From: Somniosus microcephalus
Taxonomy: Eukaryota
Direction: 5' to 3'
NCBI GenBank assembly: GCA_052327205.1
Contig: CM126222.1
Coordinates: forward strand, 49,414,001 to 49,478,000
Length of the DNA: 64,000 nt
This document shows positions 23,301-36,866 of the stretch, piece by piece. Positions within the stretch are counted from its first letter, which is position 1. Each line of letters opens with the position of its first letter. The position numbers were made by a program, and so were the translations under genes. The notes below the pieces were generated by a model that saw nothing but the letters and a program-made list of their open reading frames with translations, searched no databases and was not told the origin of the DNA.

Positions 23301-25769
23301 TTATTTTCTGCTCATCAGGGTGAGGGGCTGTTGGTACAGAGAAACAGGCAGCATTTGGTTAAATACTCCGACCTGACCAAAAACACCTTCACCCCACGGC
23401 CAACCTTATGGGCCTCCCTGAGTGAGACTCCCAACTTAGTGCTAGTTGTTGTCAAGTTGTGGCCAATTTTGTATTTTGGACTTGTGCCCCCAAGAACCTG
23501 AATTGGAATTGTCCAAGCTCAGCTGGTTTCCTACTGTTACAGCCATCAATTCAAAACCAGAGATGAAAGGATATATTGTGGCACTCAATACCCAGCTCAC
23601 TCGACATTTCCCCAATTGGTCAAAACAGCAAATGAAAGTAAGGGTTAAGCATGGTTTTACTGCTGCAGTTCAGTTAAAAGGAATTGAATTAGATTTTAAA
23701 GCCATTGAATACAGACTTAAGTCTAAGCCCTATTTAAAGAAACACAGTAGGCAAGTTTTCATGTAAATCCAATCCCTCCACAGGCCTTACGGATTACCCC
23801 GGAGAATTTATTAGAAATTTTGTACCAAAATCAAAGTTATAACAAGATTACATTGGTATTGCTGAGAGGGTTTATTGCCAGAACACCATCAATTAATAAA
23901 TGCTTGTGGTTACTTGTGGTCATCATTAGAAGCTAATCTAAAACTTTTTTTTTATTTCTCTGGAAATAATGATGGTTTGAAACTGAATGTGCTTTTCAGT
24001 AGTCAAAGCACTAAAGCTGTCAGTGCAAAAATCTCTTCTGGTACTAGACATTCCTTTTTAAATTAAATTTCTGTTTATGGTTGACAGTATTTTTAAGGAG
24101 CTTTAAGAAAGGTTATTGAGACTTCCAATGATGTCACGACCTGGCCAGCAACTTAATCTCTGGACTCCAATCTCGATCTTTTTTTGATTTATTACCTCTT
24201 CAGAACTAAAAAAAAATAAACTAAAAAACAAGCCACAGCCTCCAGCAGAAAATGCCTCCAAGCGCAGCGTGCAATAAATTGGAATAAACCACTTAAAACA
24301 GAAAGCGGCAGCCAGCAAACTTTGTTCACCTCATCCCTGATCTCCCTCCACACTGACCCGTGGGCCCAGGGACCACATGGAGGCCAGCCATTGCCGACAC
24401 AACTGCATCTTCAACCTGTATGGGCAGCCTGGGAAAGATAAAAGCATGAGGTGAGTGCTAATTCATTGCAGCATTCGCCTCCTTCACGCCTTCTGGCACC
24501 TCAGTAATTGAAACAGCTGACCTGCCGGCTCTGTGCCGCTCAGCGCATCTGCTGGCATCTCAGGTCACTTAACAGGGGGAGAGCCCCGGCCCCACCAGCA
24601 ACGCAACCACTTGCAAGGCCATCTGGAACGCCAGTTTTAAAATCAGCCCCACAGCTTCAAAGGTTAACACTCGCCTCCTAGGATCAAGGCAGCAGCCTCC
24701 ATAATGCTAGTTTCAACAGAGCTGATGACTTACATATCAGGATAGCCTGATGGCTAGAACCCTTCTGCATGCATTCTGGAGATCTATTTGGATGCAGTTC
24801 TTACAGCTAGCAGTCCGAGAGACCGGGACAATTTCAGAGAACCCAGCTGATGCTTGCTGGGTCTACCCGCTGCAAACCAAGTAACTTCGATAGTGTACAA
24901 GCTACCACCGCTCTTGGAGCTAGCTGCTAGAAGGTGCATTCCCACTCTGTGGTGGAGTGAGGGTCTACCCACAACAAGTACTGTATGTGGCGAAAGGACC
25001 TTTACTACTTATCACTGTACAAATGATGTCTGGCTTCTGCCTGGAACTGGTGGAACACCTAGTAACCTGTAACCTATTATTGAAGACCTAACCTTGCCCA
25101 CCCCCAGCACCCAAAGCCATCTCCCAGGAGGAGAAAGCCGGTCAACACCATCGGAGAAGTAAGCTAGCTACAGGGAAGGACCGCAACCAATAGGACCACC
25201 AGTAGTCAGATCCCATTTCCCCGAGTCACCCGGACTGCCTAGGACCAAGATCAAACAAATTGGTTCAATTCTTAAACCCAGATTGCTCTCTGCATAAGCT
25301 TAGGTGCACCAAGAAATCTTAATGTATCAATGTACTCCTCCCACAAACACCATGCAACCAAAATGTACAATGACTTCCTAAAATATATATGTGGATGTGA
25401 ATGTAAACTCTTGAAAATATAATAAAAAGAGGTTATTGAACTACATAAGCTTCAAGTGCACATTAAATATTAAATATTGTGCAAGAAGGAAATATCATTA
25501 AATTAATCATGCAAAAGTGAGAGATATTGATGAATAATGGTGTTCAAACTCATGTCATCCCGGAGGCATATTGTTACAGCCTATGTAAGTACAGTACTCT
25601 AGGGTATAAGTTCTTATTGTTAGTATTGCTTTTATGCTATTTCTGAGACATATTTTATAATTATACTAGAATTCATACGGTATTTCTTCCTTTGTCTATC
25701 TCCCTCGTTCATAACTAAAACATATGAGATCAGTTTAAAGAAACAGAATACATGAAAAAATAAAAGGTA

Positions 25770-25985
25770 GAGCAGGAATGCTGGAAATCGGAATTAGAAA
25801 TAGAAAATGTTGCACATCAGGGGGATCAGCGCCTGAAAGACAAAGGGAAGTAAATTTTTTAGTGTCGCCCTTTGTCAGAACTGATGAATACCATTTCCAA
25901 TGAATGGTTAAACCTGAAGCATTAACCCATCTTTTTCTGTCTGCAATCTGCAGTGCATTTCTGGCATTTTATGTATTTGTTTCAA
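25770..25985. repeat. Degenerate quasi-palindromic Penelope/MER6-like repeat
   Basis: atgctggaaat...aaaatgttg on the left, catttctggcattttatg on the right, central ctgatgaa/cctgaagc; similar relics near 50450-50540 and 60430-60610. Confidence 0.45.
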
Positions 25986-26052
25986 AAATGAAGGAGATGT
26001 GTGTTGGAATCTGTGTCAAGGTTTTTGTTTAGTAAGTAGATTGAACACGTCA

Positions 26053-26718
26053 GGGTAAATTTGGCACCCCTGCACTGCGATTGTAGTCCCGATTCCCTGA
26101 CCCGCACCTTTTTCCAGTAGATAGTCCACTGGGAGCGCTGTATCGCTGAATGCATTCGATAGTCTGTGGGCAACCAGTGCACACTCATTTGCTGATATAT
26201 CCCAACAGGTATCATGCATGCAGACAACGGGCAGACTATTAACTGCCAGTGGGTTTCTGGTGGGAACCCATTGGTTTGAGTCAGGTTCCCGCCCATGGCA
26301 GAACGAGATCACGCCCATTTTAACCACCAGGCATCATTAACATGCCGCCAGCCAACTGGGAAGTAGGTGGGACGCAGCTGCTGATCTGTGGAAATTCAGG
26401 CAGCCCTTGGCTACCCACCAGCACTAAGGTAAGTGTGGGGACCGGGGTGACTCTGGGGTAAGGAAGGCCGAATCTTTCCCTGTTGCACCCACAGGAGCCG
26501 CAGCGGTGTCCCTGCTCAGGTCAGAGTTCAAATAACAGTCTGGGCCTGCTGAAGTCATCTGCATATTTATAGAAGGACCTCGTTGGCGTCAGGCAGATGC
26601 CTTTGCCGCCTGCTCAGACAGCAGGTTAAGATCAAAGACAGCAGGACCCAGGCAGGATATCAGCTGGTTGATTTTAACTGGCAGCGGAAACCGGGCGGGT
26701 AGAGTTAAAATCGACCCC
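26053..26718. mobile_element. Harbinger-type MITE (possibly composite)
   Basis: GGGTAAATTT start, GTTAAAATCGACCCC end; tgcatattta and ttttaac motifs shared with family C. Confidence 0.5.
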
Positions 26719-26929
26719 AACGGGCATGCCCACAGGAGAGGTCAGAAGCTGGGCGTGAGCACATAGTGGGTCGGAAGAATGGCGCACGCAAGATTGGACC
26801 AGCTAGGGTGGTAGTTTGTGAATACAAGGTCGAGTCACAGGGATTTTGGCTACAGAAGGGTTTTTTTCTTGGTATTTAGTATTTGTCAGTCAGAGGGGCT
26901 GAAACTGAGTAGCAGCAGACTTTCATGAA

Positions 26930-27230
26930 ACAAGTTGAAAATCTTTATATCCAGGAAGGGCTTTGCATTAAGAAGGTGGGGTTGGGGGAAGCAGTGGACA
27001 GTAACCAGGAGGAAAATAGGGAAAACCGAACATTCGGGTGGAGAATTGAAGGCACATTTGAAGAAAATAATTTTTAGTGGAGTTTTGAAAGCAAAGGGAA
27101 GTAACACAGCAGAGGGAACCAGGCGGGGAGTTCTAAAGTACAGGAACCTAGTGGATGAACAAGCAGCCACCAAGGGTGGAGTAGGGATGATTAGTAGCCC
27201 AGTGCTAGAGAAGCAGAGACTTATGAACGT
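26930..27230 (-). mobile_element. Old L2-like LINE 3' end
   Basis: Minus-strand frame LPFAFKTPLKIIFFKCAF resembles the L2 ORF2 C-terminus (FKS.LKT.LF..AF). Confidence 0.45.
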
Positions 27231-27291
27231 ATGCTTATTAGGGATGTGTGTGCAAGGGAATGTCCTTTGTGGGCATGTATCTGTGGAACTC

Positions 27292-28158
27292 AGGGTATGG
27301 AGTATAAAAGTAGGGAAGTTTTGATGCAACTTTACAGGGCGCTGGTGAGACCGCACCTGGAGTACTGCGTACAGTTTTGGTCTCCATATTTAAGGAAGGA
27401 TATACTTACATTGGAGGCAGTGCAGAGAAGGTTCACTAGGTTGATTCCAGGGATGAAGGGTGACGTAATAAAACTCACTACGCACTTGGTTTGAGCATAA
27501 AGCAAGGCTTTAATCAACTTGTTTCAGAACATGGAGGTCTAGTTGTACTTCACTAGTTCCTTGTCTTACAAAATGTCCCTGAAAAGCTGGGGCCGACGCC
27601 CGAGTATTTATACTCCTTGGACGGCGCCACCAGCTGGCCGTCCAGCGTTATTTCATGAGTAGTTTCTTGATGAATGATGAGATTTATAACAAAGGGGTTG
27701 ACGTATGATGAAAGGTTAAGCAGGTTGGGCCTATACTCATTGGAGATTAGAAGAATGAGAGTTGATCTTATTGAAACGTATAAGATTCTGAGGGGGATTG
27801 ACAGGGTGGATGCTGAGAGGATGTTTCCCCTAGTGGGGGTATCTAGAACTAGGGGGCATAGTTTCAGAATAAGGGGTAGCCCATTTAAGACGGAGACGAG
27901 GAGGAATTTCTTCTCTCAGAGGGTCGTGAATCTTTGGAATTCTCTACCCCAGAGAGCTGTGGAGGCGGAGTCGTTGAATATATTCAAGGCGGAGATTGAC
28001 AGACATTTGAACTACAAGGGAGTCAAGGGGTATGGGGAGAGAGCGGGAAAGTGGTGTTGAGGCCAAGATTGGATCAGTCATGATCATATTGAATGGCGGA
28101 GTAGGCTCGAGGGGCCGATTGGCCTACTCCTGCTGCTGTTTCTTATGTTCTTATGTTC
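27292..28158 (+). mobile_element. 5'-truncated CR1 LINE split by a solo LTR
   Basis: [19 protein letters not shown]...RLIPGMK|GLTYDERL...RNFFSQRVVNLWNSLP; 3' (TTCTTATG)n tail. Confidence 0.93.
27461..27691 (-). mobile_element. Solo LTR, 231 bp
   Basis: TG...CA termini, 5-bp TSD AAGGG (27456-27460, 27692-27696); removing it restores the CR1 frame; TATAAA then ATTAAA on the minus strand. Confidence 0.9.
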
Positions 28159-31100
28159 ATTCACCAGAATATGCACTGCAAATATCTGTATATTTGCTCA
28201 GTAGCTATTTCTGTTTGGATGTGTGACAGGTCTATTATAACACACATGCTTGTATGCATTGATGTTTATTTTTAATATGCATATATACATGCTTCATGCT
28301 GTTTGGAATATGTTTGTGTGCACGATTAAAGAAGCAATGTAAATGCGAAAGGCAGATCTTGCCAGTATCCTGCCCATTAAATGATAAATTGGTTAAATAG
28401 CTTTGTTTGCCAGCAAATTAGGACTAACAGCGATAGCACTGCAGTGAGCACTGATGTGAACATTAAACAGGTTTGCATGAAGGAGGGCATTAGTTTCATC
28501 TTTTATCTCTGCAATACACTTTAATTGTTGAAACTGTGATGGTAGTTTTGCACCATGTGTTCCGAAATTTAAAAAAAGTCTAATCTTCTCATAGATCAGA
28601 GACATGTTTCATGTGAATAGACTTTGTTTTCATTACGTTTGGCAATAGTCCTGGAAAAACAGAAAATGCTTTGTGTCGTCTAAAGTGAAATATATGATAC
28701 AGCCCTCAACTGGTTAAAAGATTTCTGCATTATCCAAGCTAATGGTTTAATAAGGGGAGGAAACTACACTCCAGCTACCACAATTGTTTTTTTAGAAAAA
28801 CAGATAAAATCAAGGAATAGCCTGGGGAATGTATAATTAATGGATGAAGGAGTTTGGGTTACTTCCTGGATAATTTCAAAAGACCGCACTCCTGATGGAA
28901 CTCCGACTTCTACATAATCTATAATAACAAAACAGATATTACTACTGTAGAATGGGAGATTTAAACATCATTCGGCCCAAATCTTCGTTGGCCAATATTA
29001 CTGACTATCAAAATTTCAAGACCTTTTTAAAGTGTAAAAAAAAATTCAAGATCAGCAAAATGCCATAAAATTCATCTGACTCTACTTATTTTATGTAGTT
29101 TTTCATATAAGGGACACGGATTAGACTATTAATGCCCCGTATGTAAATATAATGTAACTAATTTACATTTACTTGTCATATTCCAAAATAAATCAAAATG
29201 CACCAATGGTATCTATCATATGAATTGACTACTTCCCTGCAGACTGTAACATATTGGGCATCTTTCTGTTGATGAGAATAGCAACAGTAAAATATTAAAA
29301 TCAATAATCTACCCCAGTCAATCATGAATGATTGTCAAATACCCACTAATTCAAATCTCCATGCCTGTGGAGTAGAATTCTTCTTCTAATGCTCAGAGCT
29401 ACTTCCAATTCACCTTTATGAACCCTTTCGTGGAACTGGTTATTTCCCATTGGGAAATGATCGGATGTGGCGAGACTTTCACAGGCCAGTACGTGTTGGT
29501 AGTGAACTGGTGGTGTAATCTGAGCTCAACATTTGAATCCACAAAGGCGGATTGTGTCTATATATACAGTCCTTGGGCAGAAATATTTGTACAATGCTTT
29601 ACTGCATCCATTTTAAATTTAAAATGGAAGCAACAGCAGGTGGACAGGGATGTTTGCACTGCCTGCTATGAGGAGAAGTTGCAATGGAGATGCACGCCTG
29701 GAATTTCTGCAGAAGTCCTTCTGATCTCCTGCCGTAACTTTGACGGAGGATCAGCAGAAACCCTGGAGAAACAGCTGCTTACACCATTTCTCTGGGGTTT
29801 CCATCGAAGTTACGCAGGAGATCGGGGAACCCGCATGTTTTTTTTGACTCATCCAGTTCAACAATACATGGCAGGTTCCAGAAGCAGCCTGTGAGTGGGT
29901 CTTGGCGGTGCCAACATTAATTCTGAATACATTACATCTGAATATTCTATGCCTTGGCGGTTTGATTTGGGTTTGATCCAAATTCTGAAATGCGGTATCC
30001 AACACTGTGCAACAGGCAACAAATCTATCGGGAGGGCACCCTGTAGGCCCACATGCCTGATAATAAAGTCTGCTGGGTCAGTGTTATGTTTGATAGAGTT
30101 GGCCAGCTGGGATTGCCTTCTACAAGTCTACTCAGATGAATTTTATTTAGTTTTAGTTATAGAGGCTGATACACATGGAATAAGTTGTTAAAAGTTCTGT
30201 CGGGTCCTGACTTTACCTGAATTCTTAGAATTTATTTCCTGACCAGCGCTGCTCCCGTGTAAACACTTAACGCACTCTTACCCAAATTCCTTTGCGTGCA
30301 TTTTAGCGCACATGCCAAGTTCTTTATTTTGAATGGGTTAACACTTGTGTTAAAATGCAAGAGGAATTTTGTGTGAATGTGTTAAATCTCTGTGGGAATA
30401 AGTCAGAAGGTATATCCTTGTCTTCCCAGGTGGGTAGTGGAGGTAAAGCTATGGAATCATTCAAGAGGCAGTTCAGTGCTGTGGTTATTGAACTTCAGCT
30501 GTAAAAGTCTAAAGGATAAGGGTGAATCTACATTATAACTGTAACCGTCGGTGCAAATCGGGTTCAGGTTTGCCTTGATCCTATATTCGTGGAGTGTGAA
30601 TGCACTGTAATTCAGCTGTGATGTTTACCCAGAAGGCGCGTCATGTTCTTTGTCAGGCCTGTAAATAAACTGCTGATGTCAAGCACACTTTCCATTATTC
30701 CCTCTGATGCACATCACACTCCCCAGGCACATGTGCAACTTAGGTAAAGTAAGAATTTGAGGGGGGTGGGGGGGCAATCATACTTATTAGATGTTCCTGA
30801 AAGTTACATATTAATCTGCTGTAACATATTCTGATTAGAATGGGGAGCCTTTAGGCACACAAGTGACACCAGATAAGCTTTGCGCACTTGCTGTGTTACG
30901 GGAATCTGTTAGCAACTTTGGAAGAAGCTGTTGATAGTTTTTTTTTCCAAAATTGTGAAACCAATATCTGAAAATTGAATAATATTCTCTCCACTGATTA
31001 CAGTGAAATAGCACTTTTCTATTCAGTACATGCTGTATTAAGTGGTTTATGATCCACACATATTGAATTAAATTCTGTTGATTGTGTATTACATAGGCAA

Positions 31101-31788
31101 TAATGATGAATGCCTGGGAATCATTTGCTTAGCTGTAATCTAATCGAGGGGCTTCAGATGACATCATAAAGCCGAACAGTGGTTTATAATCAGAATCGGA
31201 ACTTCAAAATTAGATTACAGCCAGAAATCACTCCTTGTAGCTGTTATTTTTGATAAACAATGTTACTTTGTTTTTTGTAATTTCTCAATTCTTCATCCCT
31301 TCTTGGAAGTTTTCAGTGCTCTGTTTATAAACCAAACACCAATAACTGTATTTTTAAAACAGAAATCCTAATCTCTTCTTCTGTATCTTATGATTTGGAG
31401 ACATCCGTTATTAGGATTGTTAAGGTTTTCATTGAACTTTCATCAGCAGCAAAGGCAGCATCAGAACTCAAACCCTGATCTCACTCCCACACTGCTCCTC
31501 CTGCACCCTATTTTGTTTAGGACTTGGCAAAAAGTGGCCGATGCAATCACTGGTCCTGCTACTGAGACCTTGACTGAATGGTCTTCTCCTAAACCCAGAC
31601 GAATGTCGCTCTATATCAGCAGACAGAGCGTGCAGGAGAGTGGTCAAATGAGGAGTTCTCTACCTACTCTTGTTTCTCTCCTGCAAGCAGATGCATCACT
31701 CAGCTCAATGATACCCTGGCTAACAGCTCAGAGGGGCAGTAGAGTGCAGTGGAGAATCCTCACATCCCACAGGCTGTGCATTGGGGTT

Positions 31789-32033
31789 CATAGAGCAGGG
31801 GAGTTATCCCCGGTGTCCTGGCCAATGTTTATCCCTTAATCAGCATAACAAAAAACAGATGATATGGTCATTATCACATTGCTGTTTGTGGGAGCTTGCT
31901 GTTTGCAAATTGGCTGCCGCGTTTCCCACACTATAACAGTGACTACCCTTCAAAAGTACTTCATTGTCTGTAAAGCACTTTGGGACGTCCGGTGGTCGTG
32001 AAAGGCGCTATAGAAATGCAAGTCTTCTTTCTT
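31789..32033 (+). mobile_element. DeuSINE (SacSINE1-like), 3' half
   Basis: gagcaggggagttatccccggtgtcctggccaat...ggcgctatagaaatgcaagtcttctttctt; matches the reverse complement of 19892-20125. Confidence 0.85.
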
Positions 32034-33650
32034 TGCCCAGATTATGTGCTTTGTCAGATGCAACCCCAATTCTAATAGTTGCCCTGCTGGACACCTTGTT
32101 TACTTCTCCCTTGCTCCCAAACTCTGATTTCATTTCATATACAATTGGCATTCGTTGATGGTCCATACGTCATATATGTTTCCCTAGCCCCAGGCACTTA
32201 TCTGTAACATGGATTGTCAGAAATGAATGCACTTTTGTGCTGCTGCTGAAAAGACAATTGTCAGTTAAACAATAATCACCAAAAACAGGAGACTTGGAGC
32301 ACTGAGTCATGCTAAAGACAGGACTCTATGATATTATTTTCATCACAATTTGTAGTATGTTTAGGAACTCCAGAATCCAACAATGCTAACTTTATGATTT
32401 AAACACCGCAATTACAAGTTACATCTCCAGTGCTGAAGTCAGTTTATATCCTTTGCTCAGTCGTGAAGCTCGGCTGTGTACAGTGTAGGATACAAAAGTG
32501 CTTTAGCAATCAGCAGATATTGAAGTGGACTTCATTTCTGTGTCAATGGTATGTTTTGGACTTGAAATAAAGAAGACATCGTGAATTAAATTAAAGGGAT
32601 GAAAATGATATCACTCTCCTGCAAACAAGCCAACCTGTCCATCTCAGGTCAATTTCATACATTCTGAGTCAGCTGAATCAAAGATCTCTGTGAATGTGCA
32701 CAGTGAATGTGATTTAGAAGTAGCACTGTCAGTAACTACAGTATATTACTGCAATACGAGTGAAATACTTAACAAAGAGAAGTATGTGCACAAATACGTA
32801 AAGCACAAAGCAAGAAGTTATTTTCAAAGAATAAATACTGTTTAGTATTTAGCTTCAAAGCAAAATCAGTCAAAAATACCTGAATATTGAAATGTTTAAA
32901 GTTGCCTTTATTTTAAATAATCAGAAAGTACCTTATCTTGAAATCCTTGACTTCAAATGTTAATGCCAAAAAATAGATTTCTGGAAAACTTGAAAAGGAC
33001 CTTATTCCTTAATTAAAATTGCTGAAGTTTAAATGACCTGGTGGGCAATTCTCCCCATCAAATGTATTTAAAAGATCACATTCTGGTTAAAAATGTTTAG
33101 CGGCTGAGCTGTCAACAGGTGACACTTTCCGTCCACCATCACCGATATTGCAGGAGTGGATTGGGTGCTGGGGTAGTTGAAAAATCAGGCAGCGATCCAG
33201 CTCACTGGATCTTCATCTATTTTGTGCCGGGTGTGACTTTCCAGTTGGAACGTATGACTGGCCTTAGGAGCTTGCGCTGAAAATAGCTTCATTTTAATAT
33301 CTTAATGTACTGAAATATATTAACACGTATTACAGGGAATGTACTGTGCCTTGAGTTTGCCCGTATAAAATGAACAGATTTATAAGGTGTTCCTATAATT
33401 GACTCCACCATGACCATTGATGCAGTGGCCACAAAGACATTGGAGGCGCCCACAAGGACTTTATTTGTTTAGCTTTCGGAAAGCTGATGATTTCTTTTTT
33501 GCACAGTAAAAGAATGACAGAAATATAGAACATGAATAGTTTTATTTAGATGTACAGTTCAATTTGTGTATACATTTAATGGGTTTGCCTTTCATAGTTG
33601 CCACTTGTGAGCCATGCACCGCTCCTCTCTGTTGGTTGTGAATATACTAA

Positions 33651-34345
33651 GGCCTAGAAATTCAGTTGGGCCCCGTTTGGGGTGCCAAGCTCGCCTGGAC
33701 GCCGGAATTACCGCTGCGAGCGGAGCCACTTGCGCCATCCCGATATTCAATTTCAGCGCCCCAAACGGAAGCGGGCCGCTACTCGAGGCTCCCCGCGCTC
33801 ACCCGGAATATCGCCGCGCTAAGGGCCACAGCGCCACATGCTGTGGCACGGCAGCCTGCGGTACTGCAGGCCTTCCTCCCACTGTTAAGGGGGGAGGTGC
33901 CTGCAACAGCGCGATCCCCGCTCGCGAGTGCCGGCAAATGAGCCCGGCACCAAGGAGAAGTGCCGGGCTCTCGGGAAACAGCCGGCAATGCCGCGGGGGG
34001 GGGTTTCGGAGGCCGGGGACGGAGGTGCTGGCAGGCGGCCGCCGAAAAAGCGGCCGCCCCGCACCTCCACCTTAACTTGCGCCACTACCGCCACAGGTAG
34101 GCCCTGTGAACCGGTCGCGATTTGCGACCGGTGTTAAAGAGGCGGGCGCGACCAAATATGGTGATGGGGCGGGAGCGGGGCGCTGCGCACACCGATGACG
34201 TCATCGGTGGCGGCGCAGCGCTACAGGCTAACGCCGCCATTAGCGCCCCGCTAAATATCGCGGGAGGTGTGGCCAGTGGCGCTAAAGCCACTGAGTGCCC
34301 TCTTTGGGCGCAAACTGGTGGCGCAGCCCGCTGAATTTCTAGGCC
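33651..34345. mobile_element. Young GC/CpG-rich Tourist/Harbinger-type MITE, 695 bp
   Basis: Perfect 15-bp TIR GGCCTAGAAATTCAG; canonical TAA TSD (33648-33650, 34346-34348). Confidence 0.93.
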
Positions 34346-34348
34346 TAA

Positions 34349-35740
34349 GTGTTCCCCTAGTTAAGGAAGTAGCACTGGTGATGACTACATAGCCAACTGG
34401 GGAACTGCAGCGGATACAGACAGTCCACTACTTGTATCTGGAACTAACCTTGGTGGGACTGCATCTGTGCCAGGGATCTCATTTGGTGTATTCGCTGTGG
34501 GCTCAATACTATCAGAATCAGCACCTGTTATTTGTGCAGAGCTATGTGATGGCACAGAACTACAACTGAAATGGATGTCAACCGGCTGCTCCTGTGCTAC
34601 TTCACGCATGCCACTACTTGGGGGCATCTCCTCATGATGCCCATCAATCTGTGTGTGTGTGTATAGAACAGTGGGCATATACGAAATCTTTGAATCTCTT
34701 TTTCATGGTTGCTTAAACAATTCGCCAAGTGAGTTGAAGCTGGTCGTGACTGCTTCTTTAAGTTTGCATTGCCCATCCTCCATACCAACATGGGGAGGAT
34801 TCATGAGTAATGCCTCTGCTGGAGATACCACTGTGTAGCTAGATGTTTAATGGAAAACTGCAATGCAGACAGTTGATGCTGCATGTTAGTTACTGCACAG
34901 ACCATCTTCCACTAACATATACAAGAATGCAAGTATCTGCTCAGTATGGTTGCTGCTGTCCCAGCTGCCATTTCAAAGCAGGTGTGTATTCTTATACACC
35001 TCAGCAGGGAACCTTAGCGTACTTCATCTCCACCTTGTATCTGCAAGCCCCTCATCGCCACTGATGTAAGAAAAAGGAGGCTTACCATCAAGTAACTTTA
35101 AAGTAAGCTTTAAGTAACTTATAAACACACTATATACAAGAGAGGTCTTTACCATGCCTCTGGTAGAAGCCTCTTACAATACTGAACAGACCAGTATTTA
35201 TACCAGTCCAACAGGAAGTGACACATGACAGGAAGTGAGGTATGTACACAGTTCATAGTTCATAGTTCACAGTTCACAGTTCACAGGAAGTGATGACATA
35301 ACTTCCCGGAAGTTATTATTTTTATCACAGCCACTACTTCCCTTTTCTAACATGCTTAGTACCTCACCCTATGCTTCCTCAACGTTTCCTGTGGTGCATA
35401 TCAGGGCTGGTGCCTGATTCAAGTGGTGGTGGTGATGGATAGTGGTCAGGTGATTGGTCCGCTTTAGGTATACCTGGTAGAGCATTCTTCTTGCTCTGTG
35501 AAGAGAACAGATTACACATGGTGGCTCCGTAAGCATTCTTATTCATGTGGGTACGATATTGACACCAGATGCAATTGTGCACAATTAGTGTCTATAAGCA
35601 AATTAATTGAAGATATCATGTAAATCATAGAATATTTAATTACTGTGGTTATATACCAGTACACCAGTCCAATTTCCACACTTCCAGCACCTTTCAGACT
35701 CTCACCCCTGAATAGAGCAACTATGACTATATAGTACGAT
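34349..35740 (-). pseudogene. Relic of Harbinger Myb/SANT-protein gene (exon 2 end, intron, exon 3), paralogous to 62873-64000
   Basis: Shared acceptor tctcttcacag|AGCAAG (exon starts 35495 vs 63110), cctgctttgaaatg, and peptides GMREVAQEQPV / GMHDVAQEQPV and IVALFRGES / VVELFGRES. Confidence 0.7.
35062..35329 (-). mobile_element. Solo LTR, 268 bp
   Basis: TG...CA termini, 5-bp TSD GCCAC (35057-35061, 35330-35334); TATAAA on the minus strand; absent from the paralogous sequence at 63200-63300. Confidence 0.9.
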
Positions 35741-36454
35741 AGCAAAATACTGCGGATGCTGGAAATCCAAAATAACTATATAGTGTTATTTGTTTAGTGT
35801 GTGAGGCTAAAGAGTCTGCTGAATGCTGTGCCTTCCTTTTAAAAGAGCAGTAAGGATTGAGGCAAAGGCGATTTGGCAATTGAAATTCCTTCCTACAATA
35901 TATTCTCCTTTGTATCATCCCATGCATAATCCTACTATTTTCATTTCTAATAGTTTAGCTGCTACACCTTTGTGCAGTGATTTTTGCCTCTATCTGCTGC
36001 GACTACTGTTTTCCTTCATGCCCATAAATGTCCAGTGCTGATACTTACTGTAATATTGAACCCCTTTTTTTTTTTTAAAGTTATACAACTTCATCTAGAC
36101 CTCCAGTTGGATCCTCCAAGTAGCTGAGACTGCACTGACACTTCCAGTGACATATTGCCATGCTCAGCATTTCCTCTTCATAGTTAGGGGCCATCATCCC
36201 CAACAAAAAGATGCTTGCATTTCTCCATAACAGAAGTTATCAGCAAACGCATGGGAAAGTTTTAACTCTCCCCACCTGACTGAAACTGGGCGGTGCAGGG
36301 GGCATTAAAATAGAGCGGGAGACAAACCTGCTGGTTTCCCGCCCCGATCCCGCCGACTGCAATTTTAAATTGCAGGCTCCAAGGACGCCCACCTGAAGCT
36401 GGCGGGGTCCTTCTTTAAATATGCATGTTGGCACCCGATGAGGTCACCAGGACC

Positions 36455-36866
36455 CTCTTCTTCTTAGGCAGTCCCTCGGAACCGAGGATGACTTGCTTCC
36501 ACATTAAAAATGAGCTCGCAGGTGACTGATGAGTCCAATGCGGGACCTACAGTCTCTGTCACAGGTGGGGCAGACAGTGGTTGAAGGGGCGGGTGGGTGG
36601 AGTACTTGGGTTGACGTGCGCTCCTTGCGCTTGGTTTCCGCTTGCTCCCGGCGAAGAGACTCGAGGTGTTCGGCGCCTTCCCGGATGTTTCTCCTCCACT
36701 TTGTGCAGTCTTGGGCCAGGGATTCCCAGGTGTCAGTGGGGATGTTACACTTTTTCAAGGAGGCTTTGAGGGTGTCCTTGAAGCGTTTCCTCTGCCCATC
36801 TGGGGCTCTCTTGCCGTGCCGGAGCTCCGAGTAGAGCGCTTGTTTTGGGAGTCTCGTATCGGGCAT
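36455..36866 (-). mobile_element. RTE-clade LINE 3' fragment
   Basis: MPDTRLPKQALYSEL..GKR...GQRKRFKDTLK...W...CPTCDRDCRSRIGLISHLRAH (RTE C-terminal C2H2); short 3' UTR with (AAG)n tail. Confidence 0.9.

Noticed and set aside
33614-34334. Cluster of overlapping Ala/Gly/Arg-rich ORFs
   Set aside because: Explained by the scarcity of stop codons in a GC-rich MITE.
35246-35286. CRISPR-like or other spaced repeat array (also 47740-47995)
   Set aside because: A 7-bp tandem repeat without spacers, and a degenerate three-unit repeat; eukaryotic context with no cas genes.
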